A DNA stretch of 64,000 bases, taken from the NCBI GenBank assembly GCA_035634815.1, contig DASQCF010000009.1:8585-72584 (forward strand). Reading direction: 5' to 3'. The position numbers and the translations under genes were made by a program. Below the pieces are notes generated by a model, which made no database searches, was not told the DNA's origin, and saw only the letters and a program-made list of their open reading frames with translations. Each line of letters begins with the position of its first letter. Position 1 is the stretch's first letter. This DNA comes from Solirubrobacterales bacterium. Lineage in GTDB: Bacteria; Actinomycetota; Thermoleophilia; Solirubrobacterales; 70-9. This document shows positions 1 through 14,639 of this stretch, piece after piece.

Positions 1-92
1 CAGCACACGGCCCAAGGTTCAAGAGCATTTAGGAAGGAAGCCTCGGGGTCTTCAGCTTCTGTGCTCCGGCTCCCCTCTTCCGGAAGCTCTTC

Positions 93-1754
93 CTAATACG
101 CGTAGTAGCCGGCGTGGATGTGATCGCAGTGGTCCGGCAGCGCGAAGGCCGGGCCGGGGCCGTCGAGGTCGAAGCAGTAGATGAGCTCGGTGGGGTGCAG
201 GGGCGCCGGCAGTTTGGCGAGGGCGTAGCCGAGCTCGGCGCAGGGGGCGGTGGTCGAGGTGTCGGTGCAGGAGACGCCGTCGACCGAGGCGATGTCCATC
301 GCCCGGCCGTAGAAGTGGTTGGAGACGTTGCCCGAGGCGGTCATCTGCGAGTGGTCGGAGCGCAGGGCGGTGATCGTGATCTGGTGTTCCTTGGTCATCA
401 GCGCCAGCAGGCCGGTGACCCGCTGGTCGAGCATGCCCGCCTGGATGTCGCGCAGCTCCAGGTCGTTGGAGAGGGTGAGGTTCTGCCAGTTGATCTGCGA
501 GGCGACGTCGCCGGGGAGGACGATCGTCCAGGCTTTGCTGGTGACCGCGCATTTGCCGGCCAGCTGGTCGGCCTCGGCGGCGACCGCGTCGACGTACCAG
601 GCGGCCTGGTTGTGGGTGAAGACGCCGGGCTCGATGCCGCCGCGCGACCACATCATCCGCGCCAGCGTCGCTGCCGAGTCGTCGATGTCGGCGTGGCGCA
701 GGCGGCCGTCCTTGTCGCCGTCGACCGCGTAGCGGTTCCACTCCATCGGGTCGAGGCCGAGCGGGCCTTCGGTCCGCAGCTGCTCCTTCGTCATCCCGCG
801 GCCGAAGTTCGACTCCAGGCGGGCGATCGCCGCCAGGGTCCAGACCCCGCGCTTGCCGAGTTCGTAGCGGCCGGCGGCGGCCTCGAAGGCGGCCAGGTAC
901 TCCTCGGGGATCTGCTTCTTGAAGTCCTCGGCCGGGCTGCACTTGAAGACTTCGATCTGCGGCGAGAGGGTCAGCATCGCGTAGTTGCTGCCGACTTCGG
1001 CGGCGTAGCAGCCGGCGTTGGCGAGCACCTCTTCGACGTACCAGTCGGCGTGGTTGTAGGCGAAGATCGCGCCCCAGACGTCCTCCGGCATGCCGGCGGC
1101 GTCGAGGTAGCGGGCGGCAGCGTAGATCGCGTCTTCGGGGTTGTTCGGGTCGGCGACGCCGTCGCCGTTGGCGTCGACCCCGTACATCGCCCAGGTTTCC
1201 GGCATGAACTGCATCCAGCCGACGGCGCCGGCGGAGGAGGGGCCGAGGTTGGTGCCGAAGGCGGTCTCGATCGCGTTGATCCCGGCCAGGATCGCCGGGC
1301 CCTGCGGGCCGAGCCCATAGCGCTCCGAGGCGGCCTGGTAGATCGGGATCAGGACCGGCGGCACGCCGTTGATCGCGCAGCTGGAGGCGGGGAGCGAGGG
1401 GATCGTGAAGACGCCGGCGGCCGGGGCGGTCGTCGCCCCGCCCGCGGGAGCTTCTTCGGCTTCGGTTTCTTCGGGAGCTTCCGCTTCGACCCCGCCCGCG
1501 CCGGCGTTGACGCCTCCGTTCGGCGGCGGCGTCTTGGTCGCGGGGGCGGGCGGCGGGACCAGAGTTTCGTTCTGCTTGACGGGCGCTTCGGTCGTTTCCG
1601 GAGCTTCGCTGGGAGCGGGCGCTTCGAGCGCCGCGCCCGCCACCGGGGCCGCGGTCGTCGTCGCCTCGGCGCGCGCCACCGCGACCGGCACCGCCAGCGC
1701 CGCGGTCGCCGCCGCGGTCGCCATCACCGCCCTGATCTTGCTCGCGCGCTCCAT
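93..1754 (-). CDS. Secreted cell-wall hydrolase: two SLT-type lytic transglycosylase-like segments plus a C-terminal LAS (VanY/M15-like) metallopeptidase motif
   Basis: ORF 93..1781 trimmed to the ATG at 1754, which forms an ATGA overlap with the upstream stop. Signal-peptide-like N-terminus (AAATAALAVPVAVARAEA) and a Pro/Ala/Glu-rich linker. Two Glu-containing SLT-like motifs (GINAIETAFG, IARLESNFG). C-terminal SNHFYGRAMD ... DHIHAGY. Confidence 0.7.
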   Translation of the reverse strand: MERASKIRAVMATAAATAALAVPVAVARAEATTTAAPVAGAALEAPAPSEAPETTEAPVKQNETLVPPPAPATKTPPPNGGVNAGAGGVEAEAPEETEAEEAPAGGATTAPAAGVFTIPSLPASSCAINGVPPVLIPIYQAASERYGLGPQGPAILAGINAIETAFGTNLGPSSAGAVGWMQFMPETWAMYGVDANGDGVADPNNPEDAIYAAARYLDAAGMPEDVWGAIFAYNHADWYVEEVLANAGCYAAEVGSNYAMLTLSPQIEVFKCSPAEDFKKQIPEEYLAAFEAAAGRYELGKRGVWTLAAIARLESNFGRGMTKEQLRTEGPLGLDPMEWNRYAVDGDKDGRLRHADIDDSAATLARMMWSRGGIEPGVFTHNQAAWYVDAVAAEADQLAGKCAVTSKAWTIVLPGDVASQINWQNLTLSNDLELRDIQAGMLDQRVTGLLALMTKEHQITITALRSDHSQMTASGNVSNHFYGRAMDIASVDGVSCTDTSTTAPCAELGYALAKLPAPLHPTELIYCFDLDGPGPAFALPDHCDHIHAGYYAY

Positions 1755-2611
1755 CAGCCGAGGACGTTGACCACTCGCCACTGCTTGTTTTTCAGCTGTT
1801 CCATCTCCAGCCGCAGCTCGCTGGTCGCGCCGACCCGCAGCAGCGAGACGCTGACCGGGTAGATGCGATCGTGCGAGGGGGCGGCGACGACGTTCAGGAC
1901 CTTGGCCTTCGGCACCTTGACCCCGGCCGGCTGGCGCGGCGGTCGCTGCAGCAGCGCCTTCGTCACCTGCGGGGCGGCGGTCGCCTTGAACGCCTTGCGG
2001 ACCGTGGCGGTGTCGCCGCCGGTCTCGTAGACGACGAAGGCGCCGGCGAACTTGCGGGCGACGGCGACGGCGGCGGGACCGGCCGGCGGCCCCTCGACGC
2101 TGGCCCGCGAGGCGGTCGCGCCGGCGGTTGCGGTGCCGGCGGCGGTCGGGCTGGTGGAGAAGGTGTCGGTGGCCGGGTTGCCGGTGTTGGCGCCCGAGCT
2201 CGATGCGCTGGCGTCGGCTTCCACGGCTTCGGAGCCGTCGAGCTTCGAGGCCTTGTCGCCGGTAGGCGCCCGGAAGACCGGGTTGGCGCCCTGCAGGGTC
2301 GGTTCGGGCTCCGGCTTCGCGGCGGGCTTCGACGGCGACGGGGTCGGAACCGGCTCGCTCTGTAGGGCGACGGTCGGCGCGCTCGCCGGGTCGCTGCCGC
2401 CGGAGGCGAGCGAGTAGCCGCCGATCCCGATCGCCAGCGCCAGCACGACGGCGCCGCCGGCGATGGCGGCGCGGGCCGCGTCGTCGAGCCCGAGGAAGCG
2501 GTCCCCGAGCGGCCAGAGCACGCGGTCGCGCACGGCCAGGGAGAGGTCCTCGATGGCCTCCGGGGGCTGCCGCTTCGGGCGCGCGTTGATCGGGGTCTGG
2601 TCGTCGCTCAT
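1754..2611 (-). CDS. Single-pass membrane protein, hypothetical (Pro/Ala/Ser-rich linker, small C-terminal domain)
   Basis: ORF with one hydrophobic helix (AAIAGGAVVLALAIGIGGYSLA). Realistic composition compared with the R/G/P-rich shadow ORFs. Coupled to the downstream hydrolase gene. Confidence 0.6.
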   Translation of the reverse strand: MSDDQTPINARPKRQPPEAIEDLSLAVRDRVLWPLGDRFLGLDDAARAAIAGGAVVLALAIGIGGYSLASGGSDPASAPTVALQSEPVPTPSPSKPAAKPEPEPTLQGANPVFRAPTGDKASKLDGSEAVEADASASSSGANTGNPATDTFSTSPTAAGTATAGATASRASVEGPPAGPAAVAVARKFAGAFVVYETGGDTATVRKAFKATAAPQVTKALLQRPPRQPAGVKVPKAKVLNVVAAPSHDRIYPVSVSLLRVGATSELRLEMEQLKNKQWRVVNVLG

Positions 2612-2734
2612 CTGGTCTTGCCGGTGCTCTCCCTAAGCCTACGGTGGCTGGCTCAATTAAAGAGCACCTTTACGAGGTTCTTGTTTCGGCAGAAACAGCC
2701 GCAAAGATGAGCCCTGGAGGCGCTTTCGCCCCGC

Positions 2735-5325
<2,591 letters not shown>

Positions 5326-5326
<1 letters not shown>

Positions 5327-5679
5327 CAGCCCGTCTCTCCGTTCCTCTTCCGGTTCTCCAGTTCCGCGACCCGTTTGCGCAGCCGCTCGCCTTCGGCCCG
5401 CAGCTTCTGCACCTGCGCTTCCAGCGCCAGCACGATTTCCACTCCGGCGAGGTTCAGCCCTTCGGCGGTCATCTGCTGGATCCGCCGCAGCCGTTCGACG
5501 TCGCGCTGGGAGTAGAGCCGGGTGTTCTTCGGCGAGCGCTTCGGCTCGATCAGCCCGCGCTGCTCATAGGTCCGCAGCGTCTGCGGGTGCATCTCGGCCA
5601 GCTCGGCGGCGACCGAGATCATGAACACGCCCTGCTCCTCGTCGAAGGTCGCTTTGACGGTGCGGCGGTAGGTCGCCAT
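5326..5679 (-). CDS. hspR: Heat-shock repressor HspR (MerR family)
   Basis: MerR-type HTH ([23 protein letters not shown]). Sits directly after dnaJ with start/stop overlaps on both sides. Confidence 0.9.
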
Positions 5680-6782
5680 CAGACACCCGCCTTGCGCAGC
5701 AGCTCGGCCCGCGGGTCGGCCCCGTTCAGCGCCTCGGCCAGCTTCTCGACCGCCTCGCTCTGCTCCTCGCTGAGCTCGTCCGGGACCGCGATCTCCAGGC
5801 GGTAGCGGATGTCACCGCGACCGGCGCCCTTCGGCTTCGGCGGGCCCTCGCCGCGCAGCCTCTGGACCGTCCCGTGCTTGGTCCCGGGGGCGACCTTGAT
5901 CTTCTTCGTCCCGTTCAGCGTCGGCACCTCGATCGTGCCGCCGCGCAGCGCCTCGGGGATCGAGATCGGCACCGTCACCTCGAGGTTGCCGCCGTCGAGC
6001 CGTTTGAAGACCGGGGAGGAGGCGACCCGCGTGGTCACGTAGAGGTCGCCGGGAGGGCCGCCACGGGGGCCGTCCTCGCCCTTGCCGGCGAGCCGGATCC
6101 GGGTGCCGTTCTTGACCCCAGCGGGGATGTTGACCTTGTAGCGCTTGTTCTGCTGGGTGAGGCCGGAGCCGCCGCAGGTCGGGCAGGGGTCCTCGATGAT
6201 CTGGCCGGCGCCGCCGCACAGCGAGCAGGGCTGGCTGATCGAGAAGAAGCCCTGGCCCTGGGCCTCGACCCCGCGGCCTTCGCAGCGCGGGCAGGTGGAG
6301 GATCCGGTGCCGGGTTTGGCGCCGCTGCCGTGGCAGGTCGTGCAGCGGCTCTGCTTGGGGACGGTGACGCTGATCTGGGTGCCCTCGATCGCCTGGTCGA
6401 AGCTGAGCTGGACCTCGGTCTCGAGGTCACGGCCGCGGACCTGCTGCGTCTGCGCCCGCCCCCCGCTGCCGCGGTTGAACATGCCGCCGAGGATGTCGCC
6501 GAAGTCGAAGCCGCCGAAGCCGCCAGGGCCGGTCCCGAACGGCGCCTGGCCGCCCTGGCCGAAGCCGGCGAAGACGCCGCCCTCGTCGTACTCCTTGCGC
6601 TTCTCGGCGTCGCCGAGGACGTCGTAGGCGGCGGAGACCTCCTTGAATCGCTCCTCGGCCGCCGCGTCGCCCGGGTTGCGGTCAGGGTGGTACTGCCGGG
6701 CGAGCTTCCGGTAGGCCTTCTTGATCTCCTCCTCGGTCGCCTTCTTGGAGACGCCGAGCGTCTTGTAGAGCTCGTCTGCCAC
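5679..6782 (-). CDS. dnaJ: Molecular chaperone DnaJ
   Basis: J domain with HPD (YHPDRNPGD), a G/F-rich region and four CxxCxGxG zinc-finger repeats. Confidence 0.97.
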   Translation of the reverse strand: MADELYKTLGVSKKATEEEIKKAYRKLARQYHPDRNPGDAAAEERFKEVSAAYDVLGDAEKRKEYDEGGVFAGFGQGGQAPFGTGPGGFGGFDFGDILGGMFNRGSGGRAQTQQVRGRDLETEVQLSFDQAIEGTQISVTVPKQSRCTTCHGSGAKPGTGSSTCPRCEGRGVEAQGQGFFSISQPCSLCGGAGQIIEDPCPTCGGSGLTQQNKRYKVNIPAGVKNGTRIRLAGKGEDGPRGGPPGDLYVTTRVASSPVFKRLDGGNLEVTVPISIPEALRGGTIEVPTLNGTKKIKVAPGTKHGTVQRLRGEGPPKPKGAGRGDIRYRLEIAVPDELSEEQSEAVEKLAEALNGADPRAELLRKAGV

Positions 6783-6789
6783 TCGTCTC

Positions 6790-7391
6790 CTAGCTGCTGA
6801 CCACCACGCGGGCGGGTCGGATCAGTTGCTCGTCAAGCGTGTAGCCCTTCTGCATTACCTCGACGACGATCCCGCTCTCGGTTCCGTCCACGGCCTGGGT
6901 CGAGAGGGCTTCGTGTTTGGTGGGATCGAACTTGTCGCCTTTGGGGTCGACCGCTTCGATCCCGTTCCGCGACAGCGTCTCCCGAAGCCCGCCGAGGACC
7001 ATCTCGACTCCCGAAGAGAGACCCTCGTCATCGCCAGCTGCCTCCAAAGCCCGCTCGAGGTTGTCGACCGCGTCGATCACGCCCCGCGCCATCTCCGCCT
7101 TCCCCCGAGCCTGCGCGGCTTGAAGGTCAGCAGCGACCCGCTTGCGGAAGTTCTCGAAGTCAGCCTTGGTCCGCTTGGCAAGTTCCAGATACTCATCCCG
7201 CTCTTTCTGCGCCTCTCCGAGAAGGGCATCGAAGTCCGCTTCAACCTCGCGAGCCCCGGACTCATCGGCCTCTCCCGTGGGTGGCGTGGTAGGGGGGACC
7301 CCCTCCTGCCGCGCAGGAGGGGGTGGGTCCCCTGCCGCGACAGGACCCGCGGGCCGGGGCTCGTCAGTCCCTGAACCGTCCTGAGGATGCG

Positions 7392-7395
<4 letters not shown>
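6790..7395 (-). CDS. grpE: Nucleotide exchange factor GrpE
   Basis: GrpE-like coiled coil plus C-terminal beta domain. ATGA overlap with the dnaK stop. Confidence 0.95.
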
Positions 7396-9293
<1,898 letters not shown>

Positions 9294-9337
9294 ACCTCCA
9301 GGGGTTTCGTTAGTCAAGCTATAGAAATCTAAGTGGC

Positions 9338-9365
9338 AGTATGGCAGATCGTGAAGGGATTGCAA
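9338..9365 (-). promoter_or_regulatory. Candidate sigma-70-type promoter of the dnaK operon (TTGCAA-N16-CATACT on the minus strand)
   Basis: Read by eye about 45-70 nt upstream of the dnaK ATG. No experimental support. Confidence 0.3.
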
Positions 9366-9373
9366 GCACGCGA

Positions 9374-9398
9374 AAGCGGGCGCCGGCGGCGCCCGCTT
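9374..9398 (-). terminator. GC-rich hairpin after the EEP gene (AAGCGGGCGCC-N3-GGCGCCCGCTT, then TTTC on the minus strand)
   Basis: Perfect 11-bp stem located 24 nt past the stop of the 9422..10585 CDS. Confidence 0.5.
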
Positions 9399-9421
9399 CC
9401 CCCCGTTCGCGTCAGACAGAC

Positions 9422-10585
9422 CTAGCGGAGCAGATCGAGGGCGCTGAACAGCCCCGCGTGGTCGGAGTCCCAGTAGCCGTTGGTCTTGCTGCGGCCGGTG
9501 ACCTTCGAGGTCAGCAGCTTCACCTTCTTGGGGCTGCTGGTCATGATGTGGTCGACCTTGTGGTTCATCTCGGCGTTGCTGCCGGTTTTGAGGTCGTAGG
9601 AGCTGTCGATGCAGCACCCGGTCGGTTTACTCGCCGCCCGCTCGCGGAAGCCGGCTTTGGTCATCACCTGGTAGGCCTGCCCGTCGCCCGGCTTGACTTC
9701 GGTCTTGACGTCGGAGTTGAGGTCGCCGAGCAGGATCACCGGCAGGCCGCTGGTCGCGGGGCCGCCCGGTTCGACCAGCTCGGAGGCCTGCTGGGCGCGG
9801 ACGCTCGGGTATTCCGCCTCGTTGTCGAAGGCCTCGAGATGGGTGTTGACGAAGTGGAACTTCTTGCTGCCGCGGACCTTGGCGTCGACGCTGGTCCAGC
9901 CGCGGGTGACGCTGATTTCTTTGCTGCCGGCGACTTTGACGACAAGCAGGTGGCTGAAGTTGCCGCTCTTCGGGTTGGAGGTGGCGACGCCCGAGTGCAG
10001 TCGCTTGAGGATCACGTCGCGCATCGTCAGCCGGGCGTTGGTCTCGGCGTTAGCGAGCACGCCCTGGCCGCCGCCGGGGCCGTCGCCCGGGACGCCGTTG
10101 GCGTTGGCCGGGGCCTCGAAGTCGAACTCGTCCTGGACGACGACGGGCTTGTAGAGGGCTTTTTTCTTGTTCAGCTGCGCCATCAGCAGCTGCAGGAAGT
10201 CGTACTTGACCGTGGTCGCTTCCGGCTTGCCGGAGAAGACCGGGCCGAGCGAGGGCGGAGCGGTGCGCCACAGCGCCACCTCCTGCAGGCCGACCAGGTC
10301 GGGCTCGTTCTGCAGGATCTCCTTGGCCAGCCCTTTGGCGCGGACCGGGAAGTTGGTCGCTTCGACCTGGCGGTAGATCCCGCCGTTGGCTTCGATGAAT
10401 TCCGAGGTCGATTTGGATTCGATCGCCGGCGTCAGGTCGGCGCCGAGATAGAGGTTGCGCGTCATCACGTTGACGAGCGAGCCTCGGGCCTTGGCCTGGG
10501 CGATGCCGGCGAAAGCGGTGCAGGCGAGTGCGATCGCCAGCAGCGCGACCGCCGTGATCCGGGTCGGTGCGGTTCGGTGAGTCAA
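9422..10585 (-). CDS. Secreted endonuclease/exonuclease/phosphatase (EEP) family protein
   Basis: ORF 9422..10663 trimmed to the TTG at 10585, which lies 8 nt after AGGAGGA. Signal peptide ([20 protein letters not shown]). C-terminal WDSDHAGLF motif. Confidence 0.8.
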   Translation of the reverse strand: MTHRTAPTRITAVALLAIALACTAFAGIAQAKARGSLVNVMTRNLYLGADLTPAIESKSTSEFIEANGGIYRQVEATNFPVRAKGLAKEILQNEPDLVGLQEVALWRTAPPSLGPVFSGKPEATTVKYDFLQLLMAQLNKKKALYKPVVVQDEFDFEAPANANGVPGDGPGGGQGVLANAETNARLTMRDVILKRLHSGVATSNPKSGNFSHLLVVKVAGSKEISVTRGWTSVDAKVRGSKKFHFVNTHLEAFDNEAEYPSVRAQQASELVEPGGPATSGLPVILLGDLNSDVKTEVKPGDGQAYQVMTKAGFRERAASKPTGCCIDSSYDLKTGSNAEMNHKVDHIMTSSPKKVKLLTSKVTGRSKTNGYWDSDHAGLFSALDLLR

Positions 10586-10724
10586 GTCGGAGCTCCTCCT
10601 GGTTCGCCGCTCCCCTCGCGAGCGGTCTGGATGTGACGGCGCTCCCGCGGGCCTGGAGCCCAACGCCTTACATCTTGTTAACCCAGCTTAAGCGAGTTCG
10701 AATCGCTGCCGGGGAGGAACTCGT

Positions 10725-11150
10725 TCAGCCCTCGCCGGCGGTGCGAGCGACGAATTCGGAGACCTCTTCGGCCTGCTCCTGGTTGAGGATGCCGGCCGGC
10801 ATCCGCCCCGTCGTGGTCGAGCTGTCGACGCCGTTTTCGATCGCGTTGAGGACCCGGCCCTTGGTCGACTTGATCGTCGTCTCGACCGTTTCCTTGTCGC
10901 CTTCCGGCGGCCCGTTGGGCGCCAGCAGTTCGTCGAGGTTGGGGCCGTAGTTGCCGTCGGTGCCGGCGCTGTAGAGCGTGTGGCAGGTGCCGCAGTTGGT
11001 GACGAACAGGGACTGGGCCCCCTCCAGGCTCGCCGGCACCTTGTCCTCGCCGGTCTCGCCGTCGCCCTTGGCGCGGAAGGCCGCGAAGGGGATGACGACC
11101 GCGAGGACGAGGACCAGGACCCCGAACCAGATGAAGGTGCGCTTGCTCAT
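10725..11150 (-). CDS. Membrane-anchored class I cytochrome c
   Basis: N-terminal TM helix, heme-binding CGTCH, distal GRMPAG Met ligand. Confidence 0.85.
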   Translation of the reverse strand: MSKRTFIWFGVLVLVLAVVIPFAAFRAKGDGETGEDKVPASLEGAQSLFVTNCGTCHTLYSAGTDGNYGPNLDELLAPNGPPEGDKETVETTIKSTKGRVLNAIENGVDSSTTTGRMPAGILNQEQAEEVSEFVARTAGEG

Positions 11151-11165
11151 AAGGCGGCGCGGATA

Positions 11166-11876
11166 TTACTGGCGCCCGCCACGGGGCGGCTGTCCCGGCA
11201 GGGCGCCGCGGTTCTCCCGGTACCACGGGCACATCCGCCGCAGGGGGCACTCGCCGCAACGGGGTTTGGGCCGGCAGACCGCCCTGCCGTGGCGGATCAG
11301 GTTGACGTGGAGCTCGTGCGCGTCCTCCGGCGGCACCACCGCGAGCATCTCGTCGTGGGCCTTCTCGAAGGAGGCCTTGGCGGGGAAGAGGCCGAGGCGG
11401 CCGCCGACCCGGTGGACGTGGACATCGACCGGGATCTCCGGGATCCCCCAGGTGAAGATCAGGACGCAGGCGGCGGTTTTGCGGCCGACGCCGGGCAGGT
11501 CGAGGAGGAACTCCAGCGACTCCTCGCGGGGGGCGGTCTCGGTCCAGTCGAGGTCCGGCGGGTCGCCGAGGCGTTCGAGGATCGCCTGGATCCGCGGCGC
11601 CTTCTGCTTCGCCAGGCCGCCGGGGCGGATCGCGTCCTCGAGCGCGCCGAGCGGCGCGTCGCGCACCTCCTCCCAGGTGGGGAAGCGCTCCAGCAGCGCC
11701 GCGTAGGCGACGTCGCGGTTGCGGTCGTTGGTGTGCTGGGAGAGGACCGTCTTGACCAGCTCGCCGACCGGGTCACCGTGCGGCTCCTCAGTGGGCACGC
11801 CATAGGTCTCCCGCAGGCGGTCCCGGATCGCCCGCACCCGCCGCTTGTCCGGCCGCTTCCAGCTCACCGGCGCCAC
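11166..11876 (-). CDS. nth: Endonuclease III
   Basis: HhH-GPD motif (LPGVGRKTAACV) and a C-terminal 4Fe-4S Cys cluster (CRPKPRCGECPLRRMC). Confidence 0.9.
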   Translation of the reverse strand: MAPVSWKRPDKRRVRAIRDRLRETYGVPTEEPHGDPVGELVKTVLSQHTNDRNRDVAYAALLERFPTWEEVRDAPLGALEDAIRPGGLAKQKAPRIQAILERLGDPPDLDWTETAPREESLEFLLDLPGVGRKTAACVLIFTWGIPEIPVDVHVHRVGGRLGLFPAKASFEKAHDEMLAVVPPEDAHELHVNLIRHGRAVCRPKPRCGECPLRRMCPWYRENRGALPGQPPRGGRQ

Positions 11877-11916
11877 CCTATTGAGCCGTTAACGGCCGGG
11901 CTACAATTGGCTGTTC

Positions 11917-12705
11917 GTGTCCCGTTCCTTTGCCGCAATCACCGCTCGCCTGCCCAAGGGGTGGGGCGACCTCGGGCGACAGGTCGTCGTGCTCGTCGGC
12001 GTCGACCTCGCCTACACCGCCGTGCGCGGAATCGCCGACGGCGAGAGGTCGATCGCGATGACGCATGGCCAGCAGGTGATCGATTTCGAGCGCGCGACCC
12101 ACACCTTCTTCGAGCCCAGCCTGCAGGCGTTCTTCCTGCCCGCCCAGGGCCTGATCGACGTCGCCAACCAGATCTACCTCAACGCCCAGTTCTCGATCGC
12201 GCTCGGGTTCCTGGTCTGGCTCTACCTCTTCCGCAACGAGTCCTACTACTTCGTGCGCAACATGTTCGTCGTCTCGATGGGGCTGGCGCTGGTCGGCTAC
12301 TCGCTCTTCCCGACCGCGCCGCCGCGGATGTACCCCCAGTACGGCTTCGTCGACACCCTCAACGCCTTCGCCGGAGTGAACCACGACTCGGCGCTGGCGA
12401 AGAGCTTCATCAACCCCTACGCGGCGGTGCCGAGCATGCACTGCGCCTTCGCGATGATGATCGGCGTCAGCGGGGTCAGGGTCTGCCGCAGCTGGTGGGC
12501 GAAAGGCTGGTGGGCCTTCTGGCCGCTGCTCGTCTCCTGGGTGACGATCGTCACCGCCAACCACTACTGGGCCGACGCCGCGCTCGGCTGGATGGTCGCG
12601 CTCTGCGCCGCCCTCGCCGCCCAGCGCCTCGCCCAGGCCCGGCCCGAAGCCTGGGCGTTCCGGGCGCCCGGCCGCGCCCCGGCCCCGCAAGAGGCCGAGG
12701 CGTAA
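11917..12705 (+). CDS. PAP2-superfamily integral membrane protein (Aur1/inositol-phosphorylceramide-synthase-like)
   Basis: About six hydrophobic segments. PSMHCAFAMM motif typical of the PAP2_C/IPC-synthase-like branch. Confidence 0.7.
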   Translation: MSRSFAAITARLPKGWGDLGRQVVVLVGVDLAYTAVRGIADGERSIAMTHGQQVIDFERATHTFFEPSLQAFFLPAQGLIDVANQIYLNAQFSIALGFLVWLYLFRNESYYFVRNMFVVSMGLALVGYSLFPTAPPRMYPQYGFVDTLNAFAGVNHDSALAKSFINPYAAVPSMHCAFAMMIGVSGVRVCRSWWAKGWWAFWPLLVSWVTIVTANHYWADAALGWMVALCAALAAQRLAQARPEAWAFRAPGRAPAPQEAEA

Positions 12706-12719
12706 TACCCTCAGCGCGA

Positions 12720-13394
12720 ATGGGACCCTCCGCGCCCCCGCGGCGCAGTAACCGTGCCGGTGCCCGCAACGGGCAGGAGCTCCGCTCCTACGCCCGCGAC
12801 CGGCTGATCGAGTCGCGGCTGACCCCGAACGCGATCTCGATGGTCGGCCTGCTCGGCAACCTGGTCGCCGCCGCGCTCGTCACCCAGCGCCTCTTCTTCC
12901 TCGCCGGGGTCGCCTTCGTGCTCGGCTCGGTGATGGACACGCTCGACGGCCGCTACTCGCGGATGTCCGGCAAGGGGACCATGTTCGGCGCCTTCCTCGA
13001 CTCGACCCTCGACCGAATCGAGGAGGGGATCGTGCTCGCCGCGGTCGCCGGCTACTTCGCCGTCGAAGGCGACGACGTCGCCGCGGCGATGTGCGTGGTC
13101 GCGGTGCTCTTCTCGCTGATGGTCTCCTACACCCGCGCCCGGGCCGAGGCGCTGGGGGTCGAATGCAAGGTCGGTTTGGCCACCAGGCCCGTCCGCGTGG
13201 TGATACTTTCGATCGGCCTGATCTTCGCCAAGGGCGCCGGCATCGGCGATTTCGAGCTGCTGGCGCCGGCGGTCTACGCCATCGCCGCCTTGACGATATT
13301 CACCACTTTTCAGCGGGTATGGCATGTAAGGAACGAGCTTTCCGGCGAGGTCTCCGGCGTCAAGGACGACGGCGGCGGCGCGGAGGACGTGTAA
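12720..13394 (+). CDS. CDP-alcohol phosphatidyltransferase (phosphatidylinositol-phosphate synthase-like)
   Basis: C-terminal part of ORF 10980..13394, taken from the in-frame ATG at 12720. Signature DTLDGRYSRMSGKGTMFGAFLDSTLDRIEE. Confidence 0.85.
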   Translation: MGPSAPPRRSNRAGARNGQELRSYARDRLIESRLTPNAISMVGLLGNLVAAALVTQRLFFLAGVAFVLGSVMDTLDGRYSRMSGKGTMFGAFLDSTLDRIEEGIVLAAVAGYFAVEGDDVAAAMCVVAVLFSLMVSYTRARAEALGVECKVGLATRPVRVVILSIGLIFAKGAGIGDFELLAPAVYAIAALTIFTTFQRVWHVRNELSGEVSGVKDDGGGAEDV

Positions 13395-13454
13395 CCAGCG
13401 AAGCCGCAAGGTGTCTAGAGCCACCCAGCGCAATCCAGGAGGACTTCGAATCTC

Positions 13455-14630
13455 ATGAGTGAAAACGGAGCAAACGGCCACACGAACGGCGTCGGCCGCG
13501 GGGACGAGAAGGTCCGCGTCGCGATCGTCGGCGTCGGCAACTGCGCCAACAGCTTCATCCAGGGCGTCCAGTACTACAAGGACGCGGACCCGGGCGACGA
13601 AGTTCCGGGCCTGATGCACGTCGACCTCGGTGGCTACCACGTCCGCGACGTCGAGTTCGTCGCCGCCTTCGACATCGACGCCGAGAAGGTCGGCAAAGAC
13701 CTCGGCGAGGCGATCTGGTCGGGGCAGAACGACACGATCAAGTTCGCCGACGTGCCGAACATGGGGATCACCGTCCAGCGCGGCATGACCCACGACGGCC
13801 TCGGCAAGTACCTGAAAGAGAAGATCACCAAAGCTCCGGGCGAAACCGCGGACGTCGTCGGCATCCTCAAGGAGACCAAGGCCGACGTTCTCGTCTGTTA
13901 CCTGCCGGTCGGCTCCGAGGAGGCGACCAAGTGGTACGTCGAGCAGGCGCTCGCCGCCGGCGTCGGCTTCGTCAACTGCCTGCCGGTCTTCATCGCCCGC
14001 GAGGACTACTGGGACAAGCGCTTCCAGGATGCCGGCCTGCCGATCATCGGCGACGACATCAAGAGCCAGGTCGGGGCGACGATCGTCCACCGCTCGCTTG
14101 CGCGCCTGTTCCATGACCGCGGCGTGCGGCTGGAGCGGACCAGCCAGCTGAACGTCGGCGGCAACATGGACTTCTACAACATGCTCGAGCGCGAGCGGCT
14201 GGACTCGAAGAAGATCTCGAAGACCAACGCCGTCACCTCGATCATGGGGCACGAGCTGCCGCCCGAGAACGTCCACGTCGGCCCCTCCGACTACGTGCCG
14301 TGGCTGACCGACCGCAAGTGGGCGCACATCCGCCTCGAGGGCAAAGCCTTCGGCGACGTGCCGCTGACCGCCGAGCTGAAGCTCGAGGTCTGGGACTCGC
14401 CGAACTCCGCCGGCGTCGTCATCGACGCGGTGCGGCTGATCAAGCTGGCGCTCAACAACGGCGTCGCCGGCCAGCTCGACGGGCCTTCCAGCTACCTGAT
14501 GAAGAGCCCGCACAGCCAGCGCCCCGACGACGAGGCCCGCGAACAGACGGAGGAGTTCATCGCCGCCAACAAGCGCGGCAAGAGCCTTCCGGGCACCCAG
14601 GCTGAGACGCCCAGCACTGCTCAGGCCTAA
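13455..14630 (+). CDS. ino1: myo-Inositol-1-phosphate (inositol-3-phosphate) synthase
   Basis: Rossmann N-terminus ([18 protein letters not shown]) and [15 protein letters not shown]. Length is typical of the bacterial/archaeal enzyme. Confidence 0.9.
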   Translation: MSENGANGHTNGVGRGDEKVRVAIVGVGNCANSFIQGVQYYKDADPGDEVPGLMHVDLGGYHVRDVEFVAAFDIDAEKVGKDLGEAIWSGQNDTIKFADVPNMGITVQRGMTHDGLGKYLKEKITKAPGETADVVGILKETKADVLVCYLPVGSEEATKWYVEQALAAGVGFVNCLPVFIAREDYWDKRFQDAGLPIIGDDIKSQVGATIVHRSLARLFHDRGVRLERTSQLNVGGNMDFYNMLERERLDSKKISKTNAVTSIMGHELPPENVHVGPSDYVPWLTDRKWAHIRLEGKAFGDVPLTAELKLEVWDSPNSAGVVIDAVRLIKLALNNGVAGQLDGPSSYLMKSPHSQRPDDEAREQTEEFIAANKRGKSLPGTQAETPSTAQA

Positions 14631-14639
14631 AGTTCCGGC

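Noticed and set aside
9294-9420. Possible HAIR (HspR) or CIRCE (HrcA) operator upstream of dnaK.
   Set aside because: Only a lone CTTGACT-like half site and a weak TTAG...CTAA dyad are present. Neither CTTGAGT-N7-ACTCAAG nor TTAGCACTC-N9-GAGTGCTAA can be aligned convincingly by eye.
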